NCBI GenBank assembly: GCA_951406725.2
Contig: OX597830.1
Location: 64,170,001-64,234,000 of the forward strand
DNA: 64,000 nucleotides
DNA from: Octopus vulgaris
Taxonomy: Eukaryota
Direction: 5' to 3'
Shown: one piece after another, positions 25,849-41,628 of the stretch
Position numbering within the stretch: position 1 is the stretch's first letter
Layout: every line of letters begins with the position of its first letter
Notes under the pieces: model-generated
What the model saw: only the letters and a program-made list of their open reading frames with translations
What the model was told of the DNA's origin: nothing
Databases searched by the model: none
Position numbers and translations under genes: made by a program

Positions 25849-28800
25849 GGAGAGGGAAAGTGGGAGAGAGATGGAGGGAATAGATAAAATCAAAATAAGT
25901 TCAGCTTAGATAACACAGAATATTGTTCAAATTGATGTGAAATTTAACTTCTCCACCCAGGGCCAGAGCCTTGGCATTGAAAGTTAGTCATGAGTGTAAT
26001 CCTTATCTAGCTGTTATGGAGGTAGTAAAGTGGATAAAGACACTTAAGGTTGAGACATATATTTACAAGGGGAACAGCTTACAGATTATATAACAAAGTA
26101 AAAATTATCTCGATAGCTTTTTCAAGATGGCTATAATTTACGCAATAACCATATTCATAAGTAATATTTGCATGATGTCATAGGTGTGCGCCTAGCGATA
26201 AGTGTAGATGAAATTGTTAATGTAAGTTAGACATCCTTATTCAAGAGTAGAGTTTAATAACAAATACTGGTCACGTAATTTCTCCATAAACTTCTTCGAT
26301 ATCAGCATGGGTCCCTCGGACTGTGCCCAACATATGGACGTAGTGGGCCTTTCTCTTCTTTCACAAATAACACGCCTGTCTGAAGACTCATGCAGGGATG
26401 ATACGCTTATCGCAGCCACGGGGATGTCTAGGCCTTCCATTGACCTTATCCAGATAGCCCTCCATAAGTTCTTTAAAAATCCCATCGAAAATAGCACTAA
26501 AGTAGCCATCTTCTTGGATGTGACTCTTGACTTAAATTCTAGCCTCTTCTACTACCATAAACCCAGAGACCTTACAATACATCAACCTGAAATCTAATTA
26601 CTTTAAATTCATCTTAAATAGCATAGTTCAAGGAATTTCTACTAAGGTTTCTAACGTACCCGCCAACGAAGATATCTTTGACAACCATACCCCATACTAT
26701 AACCAGGCTATCTGAAACAGTGGTTTATAATCGCAATACTAAGCTGAAAACTAAACTAGAACTTCTATTTCCTTGTAGAGAAACTAAGCTCCCATAAATT
26801 TACCCCTACCTCTTCATCCATTAGCACCTTCCAGCAATCTTCACCCGCTACTAAAACTTTATTTACTAGACTAGAAACCTGGCCAGCCCTGACACGGAAT
26901 AAATTCCAACCGCCTAAGGCTAAATAGCACAAACCCACGCATGGTTCTTATGCGTCCGAGGTTGGAAAACGGGAGTTATGGTTTGCATCCCCGTTTTCTC
27001 CTTTTCTCCTTTAAATAATAAATAATAAATGCGCCGTTTTTAAAGCCTAGCCAGGCTCATGGGCCCGGTTTTCCGGTTTCTATGGCGTATGTGTTCCCCA
27101 GCTGGACGGGACGCCAGTCCATTGCAGCGTTACTCATTTTAGCCAGCTGAGTGGACTGGAGCAACGTGAAATGAGGTGTTTTGCTCAAGAACACAACGCG
27201 TCACCCGGTCCAGGAATCGAACCACAATCTTACGATCATGATGCTGACACCCTAACCACTAAGCCACGCGCCTCTACCGTTTTCTCCTTTAGTGAACTTT
27301 ATACCAAAGTTCTTATTCAACACCATCAATTCCAGTTACCTACCCTAGCATTGTGCTACTTGATTCGTAACAAATCCTCGATTAAACTTTCATTTTCCAC
27401 AGCCCCAAATTTGGGAGCTTTAACCGAAGCTTCTAACTCGGCCGTCCTAATTGCAGGCCTCGAGAACGACTCCTCTGGCTTCTCTCTCAACCGAGTAATA
27501 CCGTAACCCCGGAGAATCCCATTCTTTACCGTAACAATTTCAGAGCCACCGTTAACGCCCCTAGAATTAGCAACGTGAATACCAGAAACTACGGTGAAAC
27601 AAATACAATATATCATTCTCCTGTCTCTCATACCACTAAAGATTATTTAAACCCACACAAGATTTCGACTCATGCTACCACTGCTACATTATCCAGTAAT
27701 ACCTCTAATGTTGTAGGTTCTAATACTGACCTTCTAACTGCTGATTTTTCTACTCCCAATAATCTCGGCTATAACTTTGAATGTAAATGCTTGGTTATAA
27801 CTCCACGTTCCCACCGGCTAGGATATACATTGGGGGTACGATCGACTTAAATAGACGCTTCCTTGCTCACTTGTGCTCCTTCTCTAACAGGACTTCTAAA
27901 CAATCTACTTCCCTCGCCACCTACATACACTGCTTGGAGACTGAGTATACCTTATATTTTATCTTGCTTTATAGCTTATCGCGGAACCCACTACAACGCA
28001 AATCTTCGCGTTGGTAAATTACATTTCCGGGAGTCTCTCACAATATTACGCCAAAATGAGAATTCTTTACTTAATTGATTCCCTGACGTAATCTTTTGCA
28101 GACAAATACTATTGAACCTTTGCTCACATTGGTTTCAAATTTTCTCACAAGGCCTGCAAATTTGGTGAATAGGTTCTATAGGATCCTTCTTCACTCCCTT
28201 TTCTCGCCGGTCTTTATCCTCCAACTATTCCCACTTAATTACCCCAGTGCTTAATTTTTCCAGCCTCTCTACTCATTGTCTTTGATAGTTTTAGCTGATT
28301 TCTTGTATGTGAACGATTGGCTCGAGTTCCACCGCGAGGTTTACTGACAACAGTTATTAACTTTATATTATACTAGCAGTATCGCCCGACGTTGCTCGGG
28401 TTTGTAAGGGAAATAACTATAAAGCATTTGAGAGAGTTATAGCCAAAAAACAGCAAAAAATGCATTAAAAATGGAAAAAAAATTATGGTAAATTTTTTTT
28501 TAAATCGATGACTCATCGTAGACATTTTTAGAGAGTTACTTCCCTTTATTTAAAAATTATGCTTTAAAATGGAAAAAAATTATGGTAAATTATTTTTAAA
28601 ATCGTGGACTCATCGTAGACGCGCGCTAATACCCAGAAGGGCTCGATATGAATCACGACTATAAGATATCCGGTTTTGGTTAAACTGCACCGCAAAATGT
28701 GGGAGTAGTTAGGAATCTAAATCGTAGGAGACTGACACACAACTTCAGTTTTATATATAAAGATATGGTATTTCTCAAGCCGTACATTCATCCTGACTTG

Positions 28801-30235
28801 TTCTTAACTACCCCCCCTTTCTCTCCCTATGTCCGTCCACCACCTCCAGTCCCATTTCCTCTCTCTTCTCTGTAAACCCTTATATTTGTTAACTCACGTA
28901 AATGGCTCGCGTTTACCATATTACTCTCAAAAAAGGGATGCTTAACTTATTTTAAGAATTTTATCTCAACTTGTCGCTGGTCGCACACTTATGACAGCAT
29001 GCACATATTACTTATAAATATAGTTATTACTTAAGTTATGGCCATCTTGAAACAGCTGTCGAGATAAGACTCTACATAATTTTCGCTTTATTATATAATC
29101 TGTATTTTGTGCCTCATGTAAACGTGTTTCAAGTCTAATCGTGTTTATCATTTATCTACTTTACCTCTTTTTCTCTCTATGTGTGTGTGTGTTTGTGTAC
29201 AAAAGAGTGGTTAAGTGGTTATGTATGTATGTATAAATGTGTGTGTGTGAATGTGTGTGTGTGTGAATGTGTATGTATGTATGTATGTATGTATGTATGT
29301 ATGTATGTATGTATGTATGTATGTATGTATGTATGTATGTATGTGTGTATGTATGTATGTGTGTATGTATGTGTGTATGTATGTATGTATGTATGTATGT
29401 ATGTGTGTATATATGTATGTATGTGAGTGTGTTTTTGTGTCTGTGTTCGTATCCCATCTCCGCTTGACAAACGATACTGGTGTGTTTACGTACCCGTAAC
29501 TTAGCGGTTCAGCCAAAGAGACCGGTAGAATAAGTACTAGGCTTAAAAATTACTAAACACTGGGGTCCATCTTTTTGACTAAAACCCTTCAAGGACGCAA
29601 AAACGTTGCAATTTTCCAGCTGAGTAGGCTGGAACATAGCGCTCAGGACTGGAACATAGCGCTCAGAAGCATTACAATGTAATATGAAATTAGTGGTACG
29701 TCTCTGAATACTCATTCTTAACAAAATACAAAACGAGGCAGACTGGAACGAAATATGTCTAATATATATATCTGTCTATCTATTTACATAACAACTACTG
29801 TACTTTCCTGTTTATAAGAGAACGAAAAGCTCTTTGTGAGAACATTTTAAGAGAACTGGAGCTCATTTACATTTGTTTACATATAAAATGCGTGAAGCTT
29901 ATACTTTGTGTTAATTCATTCAGTCCCTCTGGTAGACCGTTTGCTAGGTTTCTACTTCCAAATAGTTCCTTTAATTACTTTCTAATTATATTCATAATAC
30001 ATCATACATGACACGTAAAAGCACCATCCGTTCGTGGCCGTTGTGCCAGCTCTGTCTGGCACCTGTGCAGGTGGCACGTAAAAAGCACCCACTACACTCA
30101 CGGAGTGGTTGGCGTTAGGAAGGGCATCCAGCCGTAGAAACACTGCCAAATCTGACTGGGCCTGGTGCAGCCTTGAGGCTTCACAGATCCCAGTTAAACC
30201 GTCCAACTCATGCTAGCATGGAAAACGGACGCTAA

Positions 30236-30270
<35 letters not shown>

Positions 30271-30358
30271 AGGATTCTATTGTTAATTTAACGATTGTAA
30301 TTTCATGTTTCCACCCTATCTGTGTGTGAGCGGAGAGAGAGATGAAGGGGGGGGGGTT

Positions 30359-30397
<39 letters not shown>

Positions 30398-30524
30398 GGA
30401 GAGGGAAAGTGGGAGAGAGATGGAGGGAATTTTATGAGAAAATATATTAATGAATAAACGCTTTTCGTATGTAATTTAAATGAACTATTAATTAAAGCTT
30501 GAAATACGAAAAAACTTTTATCAC

Positions 30525-30575
<51 letters not shown>

Positions 30576-30610
30576 GAAATGGATGCGTGGCGTTCAATCA
30601 TATAATAATA

Positions 30611-31936
<1,326 letters not shown>

Positions 31937-32229
31937 CACACACACACACACATACAAAGATAAATTGATAGATACAACTGATTGGGCAAGCAAAAATATG
32001 AGACACAACCTAGTGCTTTGTTTTATGTTGATAAGCCTGGTACTTATTCTAATAGTTTGTTCTTGTGAAACCAGTATGCTATGTGGATGTAAATAAATGA
32101 ACAGCAGTTGTGAAGCAGTGATGAGGGCGAAACACAGAAACAAAGACACACACATACACTTACATATATACATACATATATATATACGATTGATTTGTTT
32201 CAGTTCCTTTCTACGAAATCCATATATAT

Positions 32230-35200
32230 TGTTGTTGGCATCCTTTTTGTCTCAGGTGGAGTTGCGCATAAAATAATCTAGTCTGGCTTTTACATTTAAT
32301 GTCCTGATACATCTCCTGCTGTGGCTGTGTAGTCCTATCCTGGAAAAACACTCCCTCTGGCAGGTGCCGCAAATGTAGCGAAAACTTTGCCTGGCTGGTT
32401 GTAATGTCATAGTTTCTTGTTGACGTCTTTTCTTGTCTTTCCATTTCTCCTCTCCCTCTCTCTGTCACTCCTTTGTGCTCCCTCTTTTACGGTACGTCGC
32501 CAATCTCCACGGTTGCTGGCAACTGCTTCCCAGTTGATGTTTCAGGTATTCATGTCCCTTTTGAAAACATTCTTCTATCGTAAGAACAGTCTTCCCACAG
32601 ACCTAGCAAGCTCTCCGTAGAGTATGTCCTTGGGGATTCTGCCATCTTCCATACGGCTAACATGTCCAAGCCATCTCATACGTCTTTGTGCGAGGAGTGC
32701 AAACATGCTTAGTATTCCTGCTTGCTTGAGGACATCTTTGTTGGGGACATGATTCTGCCATTTGATGCGAAGGATTTTCCGGAGGCAGCGCAAATGAAAG
32801 ATATTTAGGCGACGATCTTGGCGTGTGTATGGCGTCCAAGTCTCACTTCCATACAGTAGAGTGCTAAGTACAAATGCCTGGTAAATCAGCTTATTGTTGT
32901 CCCATGCCCATTTGGAGATTTGGACTATCACAGCAGCTGCCTTGCCAATGCGTATATTGAGCTCAGCTTCAAGGGATAGCTTGTAGGTGACGGTAGAGCC
33001 AAGATAGGTAAACTTCTCCACCTTTTGGTCTCCAATATATATGTTTGGGATGTCTGATGTAGCCCGACCTATGATGTTGGTCTTCTTGAGGCTGATAACT
33101 AAGCCAAAGTCGCTATACGAGGGGCGTTCAATAAGTAATGCCTCTGACCCTCTGTGCAATTATTTATATCTCTATAGATTAAGTGGTAAATTACAGCTCT
33201 GAACTAATTGTGGTTTCTGATTTACAGGTGTTTGAACTGAGTCAAGTGTGAAACGGAACCTGCTGAGTGTCGAGCAGTGTTGCGGTTTTTGTATTTGAAA
33301 GGACGCACACCACGGGAGACTTTTGATGAAATAAAAGTAACTTATGGTGATGATGCCCCATCATATGACCTTGTAAAACGCTGGCATCGTGAATTCAAAC
33401 ATGGTCGGAACTTTGTGGAAACAGTTCCCAAATCTGGTCGCCCCTTCTGCCATTGATGAGGCATCTGTTCGTCAAGTTGAGGCTGCCATTTTGGAAGATC
33501 GACGCATAACTATTCGCCAAATAGCCCATGAGGTCCAGATTAGTACCGGGTCAGTGGAAACTATCATTCATGACCATTTGCATATGCAAAAGGTGTCTGC
33601 CAGATGGATTGCCAGGTTGCTCACACCTTTCCAGAAGCAAGAACGCGTCGATTGCGCGAGGATGAATTTGAAGACGTACCAAGAAGATGAGTCAAAATTT
33701 TTCAAAAGACTGATTACACAGGATGAAACCTGGGTCCATCACTATGATCCAGAGACCAAAGCCCAGTCAATGCAGTGGAAGCACCGTGACTCACCCCTCC
33801 AAAGAAGGCAAGGGTGCAGCCCTCCGCTGGCAAGGTCATGCTCACAGTCTTCTGGGACCAGGACGGAGTAGTGATGACAGATTTCCTGGCAAAGGGTGCC
33901 ACAATTACAGGAGTCTATTATGCTTCACTTTTGAGGAAATTAAGAGAAGCTATCAAAATCAAGAGGCGGGGCAAGATCAGCAAAGGCATTCTCCTGCAGG
34001 ACAACGCTCCGATCAACAACTCGCGTGTCGCCAGATCAGAAGCACAGGCGTGCGGCTATGAACTCATCCCCCATCCCCCCTACTCTCCTGACCTGCACCC
34101 TCTGATTTTCACCTCTTCCCAGCCATGAAGTTGTTTTTGAAAGGAAAGCGTTTCCCAGATGATGCAGCCTTGATTTCTGAAGTCACGTCGGGGTTGGTGG
34201 ACCAAGCTGGGGTCTTCTACTACAAAAACGGTCTTCAGAGCTGCATCAAACAATGGGAGAAATGCGTAACTCTGGGTGGTTCCTATGTAGAAAAAGACTA
34301 ATAACTATGTCAAGTTTCGTTGCTCTACTACTATGGGAAGTGGGTCAGGGGCATTACTTATTGAACGCCCCTCGTATGCTTGCTCAAAACAGTTGATGAG
34401 CCTTTGTAGAGCTTCTTCTGTGTGTGATACCAGAGCGGCATCATCAGCAAATACTATCTCCTTGATCAGGACGCTTCTGATTTTGGTCTTGGCACGCAGA
34501 CGCGAGAGATTGAACAGTTTCCCGTCACTTCTACTGTGCAGAAACACTCCATCATCTGATGTCTCAAAGGCATGTGACAGCAGCAGCGAGGAGAAGATGC
34601 CAAATAATGTAGGAGCAAGGACACAACCTTGCTTTAGCCCGCTTTTTATTTGGAGGCCGGCTGATGTTGGACCTTTGTGCTGTATGGAGCCTTGCATGTC
34701 ATCATGGAAAGATTCGATGATCCTCAGCAGCTTTGGTGGACATCCGATTTTTTGGAGCAGGATGAAAAGGCCTTTTCTACTTACCAAGTTAAAGGCCTTT
34801 GTCAGATCAATGAAGGCCATATATAAGGGCATTTTCTGCTCTCTGGACTTCCCCTGAAGTTGGTGTATGGAGAATATCATGTCAATAGTTGATCTGCTTC
34901 TTCTAAAGCCACACTGCGATTCTGGATAAATTTGAGAAACAAGCAGTTGTAGCCTGGACAGGATAACGCGAGCAATGGTCTTTCCAACAGTGCTTAGAAG
35001 AGATATTCCACGGTAATTGTTACAATCACCACGGTCACCTTTGTTTTTGTAAAGCGCGTAATGATGTTAGCATTCCGCATATCCTGAGGGACTGTACCCT
35101 CTTCCCAGCACTGACACAGAAGCTCATGAAGGTGACGAAGCAGGATGATGTTTTTGCCGGTTTTGAATATCTCTAAGGGGATGCCGTCTTTTCCCGGGGC

Positions 35201-35390
35201 CTTGTTACTTGCTAGGGAGTCAATAGCCTTGGTGAGCTCTGCTATAGATGGCGGACTGTCAAGTTCGCACATGACTGGCAAGATCTTGACACTCTCGATT
35301 GCAGCCTCAGCTACTGTGGTCTCCCGTGAGTAAAGATCCTGGTAGTACTCCACCCATCTATCCATTTGCTTGCTTTGGTCCTTGATTAAT
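32230..35390 (-). mobile_element. RTE-clade LINE (RT and 3' region), 5'-truncated, interrupted by a mariner
   Basis: KAPGKDGIP, FIDLTKAFNLV, GLKQGCVLAPTLF, FADDAAL, FTYLGS, LLYGSETWT, RWLGHVSRMEDGRIPKDILYGEL. Confidence 0.93.
33118..34374 (+). mobile_element. Full-length mariner (irritans-like) with TIRs and TA TSD; transposase frameshifted
   Basis: TIR CGAGGGGCGTTCAATAAGTAATGCC at both ends, TA at 33116-33117 and 34375-34376; WIARLL, TQDETWVHHYDPE, QDNAP, HPPYSPDL. Confidence 0.95.
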
Positions 35391-35393
35391 CAA

Positions 35394-35396
<3 letters not shown>

Positions 35397-35482
<86 letters not shown>

Positions 35483-35527
35483 ATGTCTGTCTGTCTGTCT
35501 GTCTGTCTACACACACACACAACTATA

Positions 35528-35578
<51 letters not shown>

Positions 35579-35990
35579 GCACGCACGCCCGCCCGCCCGC
35601 CCGCACGTACGCACGAACGCACGCACACATTGACGTACGCACGCACGCACGCACACACGAACGCACGCACGCATGCACACACGAACGCACGCACGCACGA
35701 ACGCACGCACGTACGCACGCACGCACGAACTCACGCACGTACGCACGAACGCACGCACACATTGACGTACGGACGCACGCACGCACGCACACACGAACGC
35801 ACGCACACATGCACACACGCACGAACGCACGCACGTACGCACGCACGTACGCACGAACACACGCACGTACGCACGAACACACGCACACATTGACGAACGC
35901 ACGCATGCACGCACGCACACACGAACGCACGCACGCATGCACACACGAACGCACGCACGCATGAACGCACGAACGCACTGACGCACGCAC
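35397..35990. repeat. Compound microsatellite (ATCT)n, (CA)n and CpG-rich (GCAC)n-derived minisatellite
   Basis: Direct reading. Confidence 0.9.
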
Positions 35991-35994
35991 TGAC

Positions 35995-36172
35995 TGGACA
36001 GGCCAACATTCCACCTGAATGGAATACCTGTCCGTCGCAAGGTTATCTTTTCCAGCTCAGCAGACTGGAGGAACATGAAATGAGGTGTTTTACTCAAGAA
36101 CAACATGCGTAGCCTAATCTGCGAATCGAAACCACTATCTTACAATCGTGAATGCAAAGCTTTAACCACTAG
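35995..36172 (-). mobile_element. SINE family D relic
   Basis: Similar to 18075-18320. Confidence 0.6.
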
Positions 36173-36344
36173 GGAAAATGGGACACATGCACATACACAT
36201 TTTCACTTCTTTCTTTCTCTGTGGCTATCTCACTAGCGATCTCTGCAGAGCATCTGAAAAGAGATTAATGATATGTATATTGTGTGAGAAATTTCACTGT
36301 GTAGTATTACTCATACATAGATAGACTGATAATCTTTTGTACTC

Positions 36345-36532
36345 TATACACAAAGCCCGAAATTTTGGCGGGGGTGGCCAGTCGATTAGATCGACTCCAG
36401 TACGCAACTGGTACTTAATTTATCGACTCCGAAAGAATGAAAGACTAAGTCGACCTCGGCGGAATTTGAACTCAGAACGTAGTCAGACGAAATGCCGCCC
36501 GGGGTGCTAACGGTTCTGCTAACTTGCCGTCT
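36345..36532 (-). mobile_element. SINE family B with type-2 tail
   Basis: Family B body; tail ..CAAAATTTCGGGCTTTGTG. Confidence 0.75.
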
Positions 36533-36549
36533 TAATTTTATACAAAATA

Positions 36550-37749
36550 CTAGCTGAAGGCGACCCGCTCTACGCGCGGGTAAGAGTGTGGTTTTTACTT
36601 TCTGTTGCTTCCTTTCAGAACGTAAAAAGCACCATCCGAACGTGGCCGATTGCAGCGCCGCCTTGACTGGCTTCTGTGCCGGTGGCACGTAAAAAGCACC
36701 AACCGATCGTGACAGCTGCGAGCTCCCCTGGCACCTGTGCCGGCGGTACGAAAAAAGCACCCACTACGCTCACAGAGTGGTTGGTGTTAGGAAGGTCATC
36801 CACCTGTAGAAACACTGCCAGATCAGACTGGAGCCTGGTGCAGCCTCCTGGCTTCCCAGACCCCGGTCAAACTGTCCAACCCGTGCTAGCACGGAAAACG
36901 GACGTTAAACGATGATGATGATGATGATTCTTCCTCTTTGTTTCTCTCTCCTTTCTCTCTCACTTTCCCCACTCTCTTACTTTTCTTTTCTCTCGGACTC
37001 TCCCTCGCTTTCTCTTACTCTCTATCTTTATCTATCTCTCTCCCATTTATAAACAACAAAAGATCTTGAGTAAGTTGAGAAATAAAATATTTAGAAAGAT
37101 CAATCATAAATATCAGGCAGTAACAACGGAAAGGTCTGCTTCAAGGCAGACAGCAAAACACTAACATTTAAAAGGGACAGACGAACTTGCAAGCTGAATA
37201 AAAATAATAAAATATTGGAAACCAAAGTTTGAAGGGACAGAATGTGAAAATAGTAGAGTCAGCATGGCTGGCATTTCTTAACGACGGACAGCAACGTTTT
37301 GACAGTTTAACGGCTAGCGTAAAATTTTGAACTTGATGTAAAAGAAAATTCGTAAACACCAAGTTTTGAAGTGATTCTTTCAGTAGACTCACAATGGCAA
37401 GCATTCAAAACTTCATCATGGACGGCAACACATTGACGATTTAAAAGGCTGGCGCAAATTTTTTAGCTTGATGTAACAGAGAATTGCTAAACACTCGCTC
37501 CTTTAAATTTTAATACCCTTCCAGCCCCATTTAGACCCCTTTTCACATTTTGGTTAATATAACGCGATTTCATTCGGGTGTACTGGGGCCACATTTTATA
37601 AGATGAGGAATTTTGTCCTACAGGTGACGCCTTTCATTTGAGAAAAAAAATAGTTTTCATGCAAACTTGCCAGCACTTTTAACATAGGTGTGCATATTTT
37701 CAGCTGAATCGACCGACTACGTAATGCACACATTATATATATATATGTG

Positions 37750-37792
<43 letters not shown>

Positions 37793-39187
37793 ACGCATTA
37801 TATATACAAATGTATACAAATGAGATATATATCTGTATAAATTAAATTAGAGATAAAACCACTAATAGGCAAATCAAACAGTGAAAACCAAAAACAAAAA
37901 CATTAAAAAAAATATATAATATATAAAATATATAAAATATAAAATTGAAAAATTTAAATTATTTAAATTGAAAATAAAAATTATTAAATTATATTTATAA
38001 TTTGTTTAAAAATATATATAACTATGAAAAAGTATGAAAAAGTTTAATATACATAAATACAGATATATACACTTTGTATATATACATTATATATACATAT
38101 TTATATATAAAACACACACACACATACATTATATACACATATTTATATATAGAACACACACACACACACACACATATAAATGAACGCAAGAATATCTGAT
38201 TCATAATATTTGTTCTCATGATTGTGTGTTGTTGGTAGCGATGATAATTCTCCCTATGAATGCAAACAGATACATCAAAGAAAGTCGCCTGACGAACTTA
38301 TAAAGGGAAAGTGAAAGGGAGTTGAGGAAAAAAAATAGTTGTCATGCAAACTTGCCAGCACTTTTAACATAGGTCTGCATCTATGCATGTGTGTGTGTAT
38401 GTATGTGTATGTATGTGTGTGTATGTATGTGTGTGTATGTATGTGTGTATGTATGTATTTCCATTGAGTCAACCTCATTATTTTCTACATAGCAGACCGT
38501 TACATAAACAGGCAAAGGTACATACATACACACTCACACATACACACACATACACACACATACATACACATACATAGATACATACATAGATACATACACA
38601 CACACACATACATGCATACATACATATACACATACATGCATATACACGCACGCACTACAAAAACCGAGTAAAAATTTTCAGTTATCTATCTCTTTCACAC
38701 TGACAGATACATCAAAGAAGGCCGTTTGTATGAAATAGAGTGAGTATTGTGTGTTGGTGGTGGTGGTGGTGGTGGCGATGATAATTATCATTAGGAAAAA
38801 GAGTGAGTGATTGAGGAAGACATATACATAATTTGTAGCGATGATAATTCTCCCTATGAATGCAAACAGATACATCAAAGAAAGCCGTCTGACGAACTTA
38901 TAAAGGGAAAGTGAAAGGGATTTGAGGGGAATACATTAAATAACAGGAGTGGCATTCTCAAAGTTATAGATGAAGGGGAGTAAGAGAGGGAAAGAAGGAA
39001 AGAGCGTGAGTGAGGAAGATGGCCCCTAGCAACCACACCTTTCAAGCTAGGGATTTCTAAGGTAGCCCACGAGCATCGTCACCTCATTTTACATGTCCCT
39101 GTAAATTTTGGAGCGAATCGGACGGGACGTAGTGGCATTGAAAGCGATCCAAGCGGTAAAAATGCATTTCAGTTTTATATATAGAGA
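36550..39187 (-). mobile_element. Non-autonomous Helitron, copy 1 of a head-to-tail dimer
   Basis: 3' CCCGCGCGTAGAGCGGG hairpin and CTAG at 36550; 5' TCTCTATATATAAAACTG at 39187. Confidence 0.8.
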
Positions 39188-40799
39188 CTAGCTGAAGGTG
39201 ACCCGCTCTACGCGCGGGTAAGAGTGTGGTTGTTACCTTCTGCTGCTTACTTTCAGCACGTAAAAAGCACCATCCGAACGTGGCCGATTGCAGCGCCGCC
39301 TTGACTGGCTTCTGTGCTGGTGGCACGTAAAAAGCATCAACCGATCGTGGACGTTGCCAGCCCCCCTGGCACCTGTGCCGGCGGTACGAAAAAAGCACCC
39401 ACTACGCTCACAGAGTGGTTGGCGTTAGGAAGGGCATCCACCTGTAGAAACACTGCCAGATCAGACTGGAGCCTGGTGCAGCCTCCTGGCTTCCCAGACC
39501 CCGGTCAAACTGTCCAACCCGTGCTAGCACGGAAAACGGACGTTAAACGATGATGATGATGATGATTCTTCCTCTTTGTTTCTCTCTCCTTTCTCTCTCA
39601 CTTTCCCCACTCTCTTACTTTTCTTTTCTCTCGGACTCTCCCTCGCTTTCTCTTACTCTCTATCTTTATCTATCTCTCTCCCATTTATAAACAACAAAAG
39701 ATCTTGAGTAAGTTGAGAAATAAAATATTTAGAAAGATCAATCATAAATATCAGGCAGTAACAACGGAAAGGTCTGCTTCAAGGCAGACAGCAAAACACT
39801 AACATTTAAAAGGGACAGACGAACTTGCAAGCTGAATAAAAATAATAAAATATTGGAAACCAAAGTTTGAAGGGATAGAATCTGAGGGTAGTAGAGTCAG
39901 CATGGCTGGCATTTCTTAACGACGGACAGCAACGTTTTGACAGTTTAACGGCTGGCGTAAAATAATGGACGGCCACACATTGACGATTAAAAGGCTGGCG
40001 CAAATTTTTTAGCTTGATGTAACAGAGAATTGCTAAACACCCGCTCCTTTAAATTTTAATCCCCTTCCAGCCCCATTTAGACCCCTTTTCACATTTTGGT
40101 TAATATAACGCGATTTCATTCGGGTGTACTGGGGCCACATTTTATAAGATGAGGAATTTTGTCCTAGAGGTGACGCCTTTCATTTGAGGAAAAAAAATAG
40201 TTGTCATGCAAACTTGCCAGCACTTTTAACATAGGTGTGCATCTATGTATGTGTGTGTGTGTATGTATGTGTATGTATGTGTGTGTATGTATGTGTGTGT
40301 ATGTATGTGTGTGTGTATGTATGTATTTCCATTGAGTCAACCTCATTATTTTCTACATAGCAGACCGTTACATAAACAGGCAAAGGTACATACATACACA
40401 CTCACACATACACACACATACACACACACATACATACATACATACATACATACATAGATACATACACACACACACATACATGCATACATACATATACACA
40501 TACATGCATATACACGCACGCACTACAAAAACCGAGTAAAAATTTTCAGTTATCTATCTCTTTCACACTGACAGATACATCAAAGAAGGCCGTTTGTATG
40601 AAATAGAGTGAGTATTGTGTGTTGGTGGTGGTGGTGGTGGTGGCGATGATAATTATCATTAGGAAAAAAGAGTGAGTGATTGAGGAAGACATATACATAA
40701 TTTGTAGCGATGATAATTCTCCCTATGAATGCAGACAGATACATCAAAGAAAGCCGTCTGACGAACCTATAATGCACACATTATATATATATATATGTG

Positions 40800-40832
<33 letters not shown>

Positions 40833-41628
40833 ATGCACGCATTATATATACAAATGTATACAAATAAGATATATATCTGTATAAATTAAAATAGAGATAA
40901 AACCACTAATAGGCAAATCAAACAGTGAAAAACCAAAAACAAAAACATTAAAAAAAATATATAATATATAAAATATATAAAATATAAAATTGAAAAATTT
41001 AAATTATTTAAATTGAAAATAAAAATTATTAGATTATATTTATAATTTGTTTTAAAATATATATAACTATGAAAAAGTATGAAAAAGTTTAATTTACATA
41101 AATACAGATATATACACTTTGTATATATACATTATATATACATATTTATATATAGAACACACACACACATACATTATATATACATATTTATATATAGAAC
41201 ACACACACACACACATATAAATGAACGCAAGAATATCTGATTCATAATATTTGTTCTCATGATTGTGTGTTGTTGGTAGCGATGATAATTCTCCCTATGA
41301 ATGCAGACAGATACATAAAAGAAAGCCGCCTGACGAACTTTTAAAGGGAAAGTGAAAGGGAGTTGAGGGGAATACATTAAATAACTGGAGTGGACTTCTC
41401 AAAGTTATAGATGAAGGGGAGTAAGAGAGGGAAAGGAGGAAATAGCGTGAGTGAGGAAGATGGCCCCTAGCAACCACACCTTTCAAGCTAGGGATTTCTA
41501 AGGTAGCCCACGAGCATCGTCACCTCATTCTACATTTCCCTGTAAATTTTGGAGCGAATCGGACGGGGTGTAATGGCATTGAAAGCGATCCAAGCGGTAA
41601 AAACGCATTTCAGTTTCATATATAGAGA
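39188..41628 (-). mobile_element. Non-autonomous Helitron, copy 2 of the dimer
   Basis: CTAG at 39188-39191; A|TCTCTATATATG start at 41628; near-identical blocks to copy 1. Confidence 0.8.

Larger units (their letters stand above)
14741..30430. repeat. Tandem segmental amplification, ~4.48-kb unit, about 3.5 copies
   Basis: Helitron CTAG landmark recurs at 14939, 19417, 23886 and 28373; ORF track repeats with the same period. Confidence 0.97.

Noticed and set aside
38285-38325. CTGACGA..GAAA in the Helitron internal repeat
   Set aside because: Weak helix II and no helix I or III
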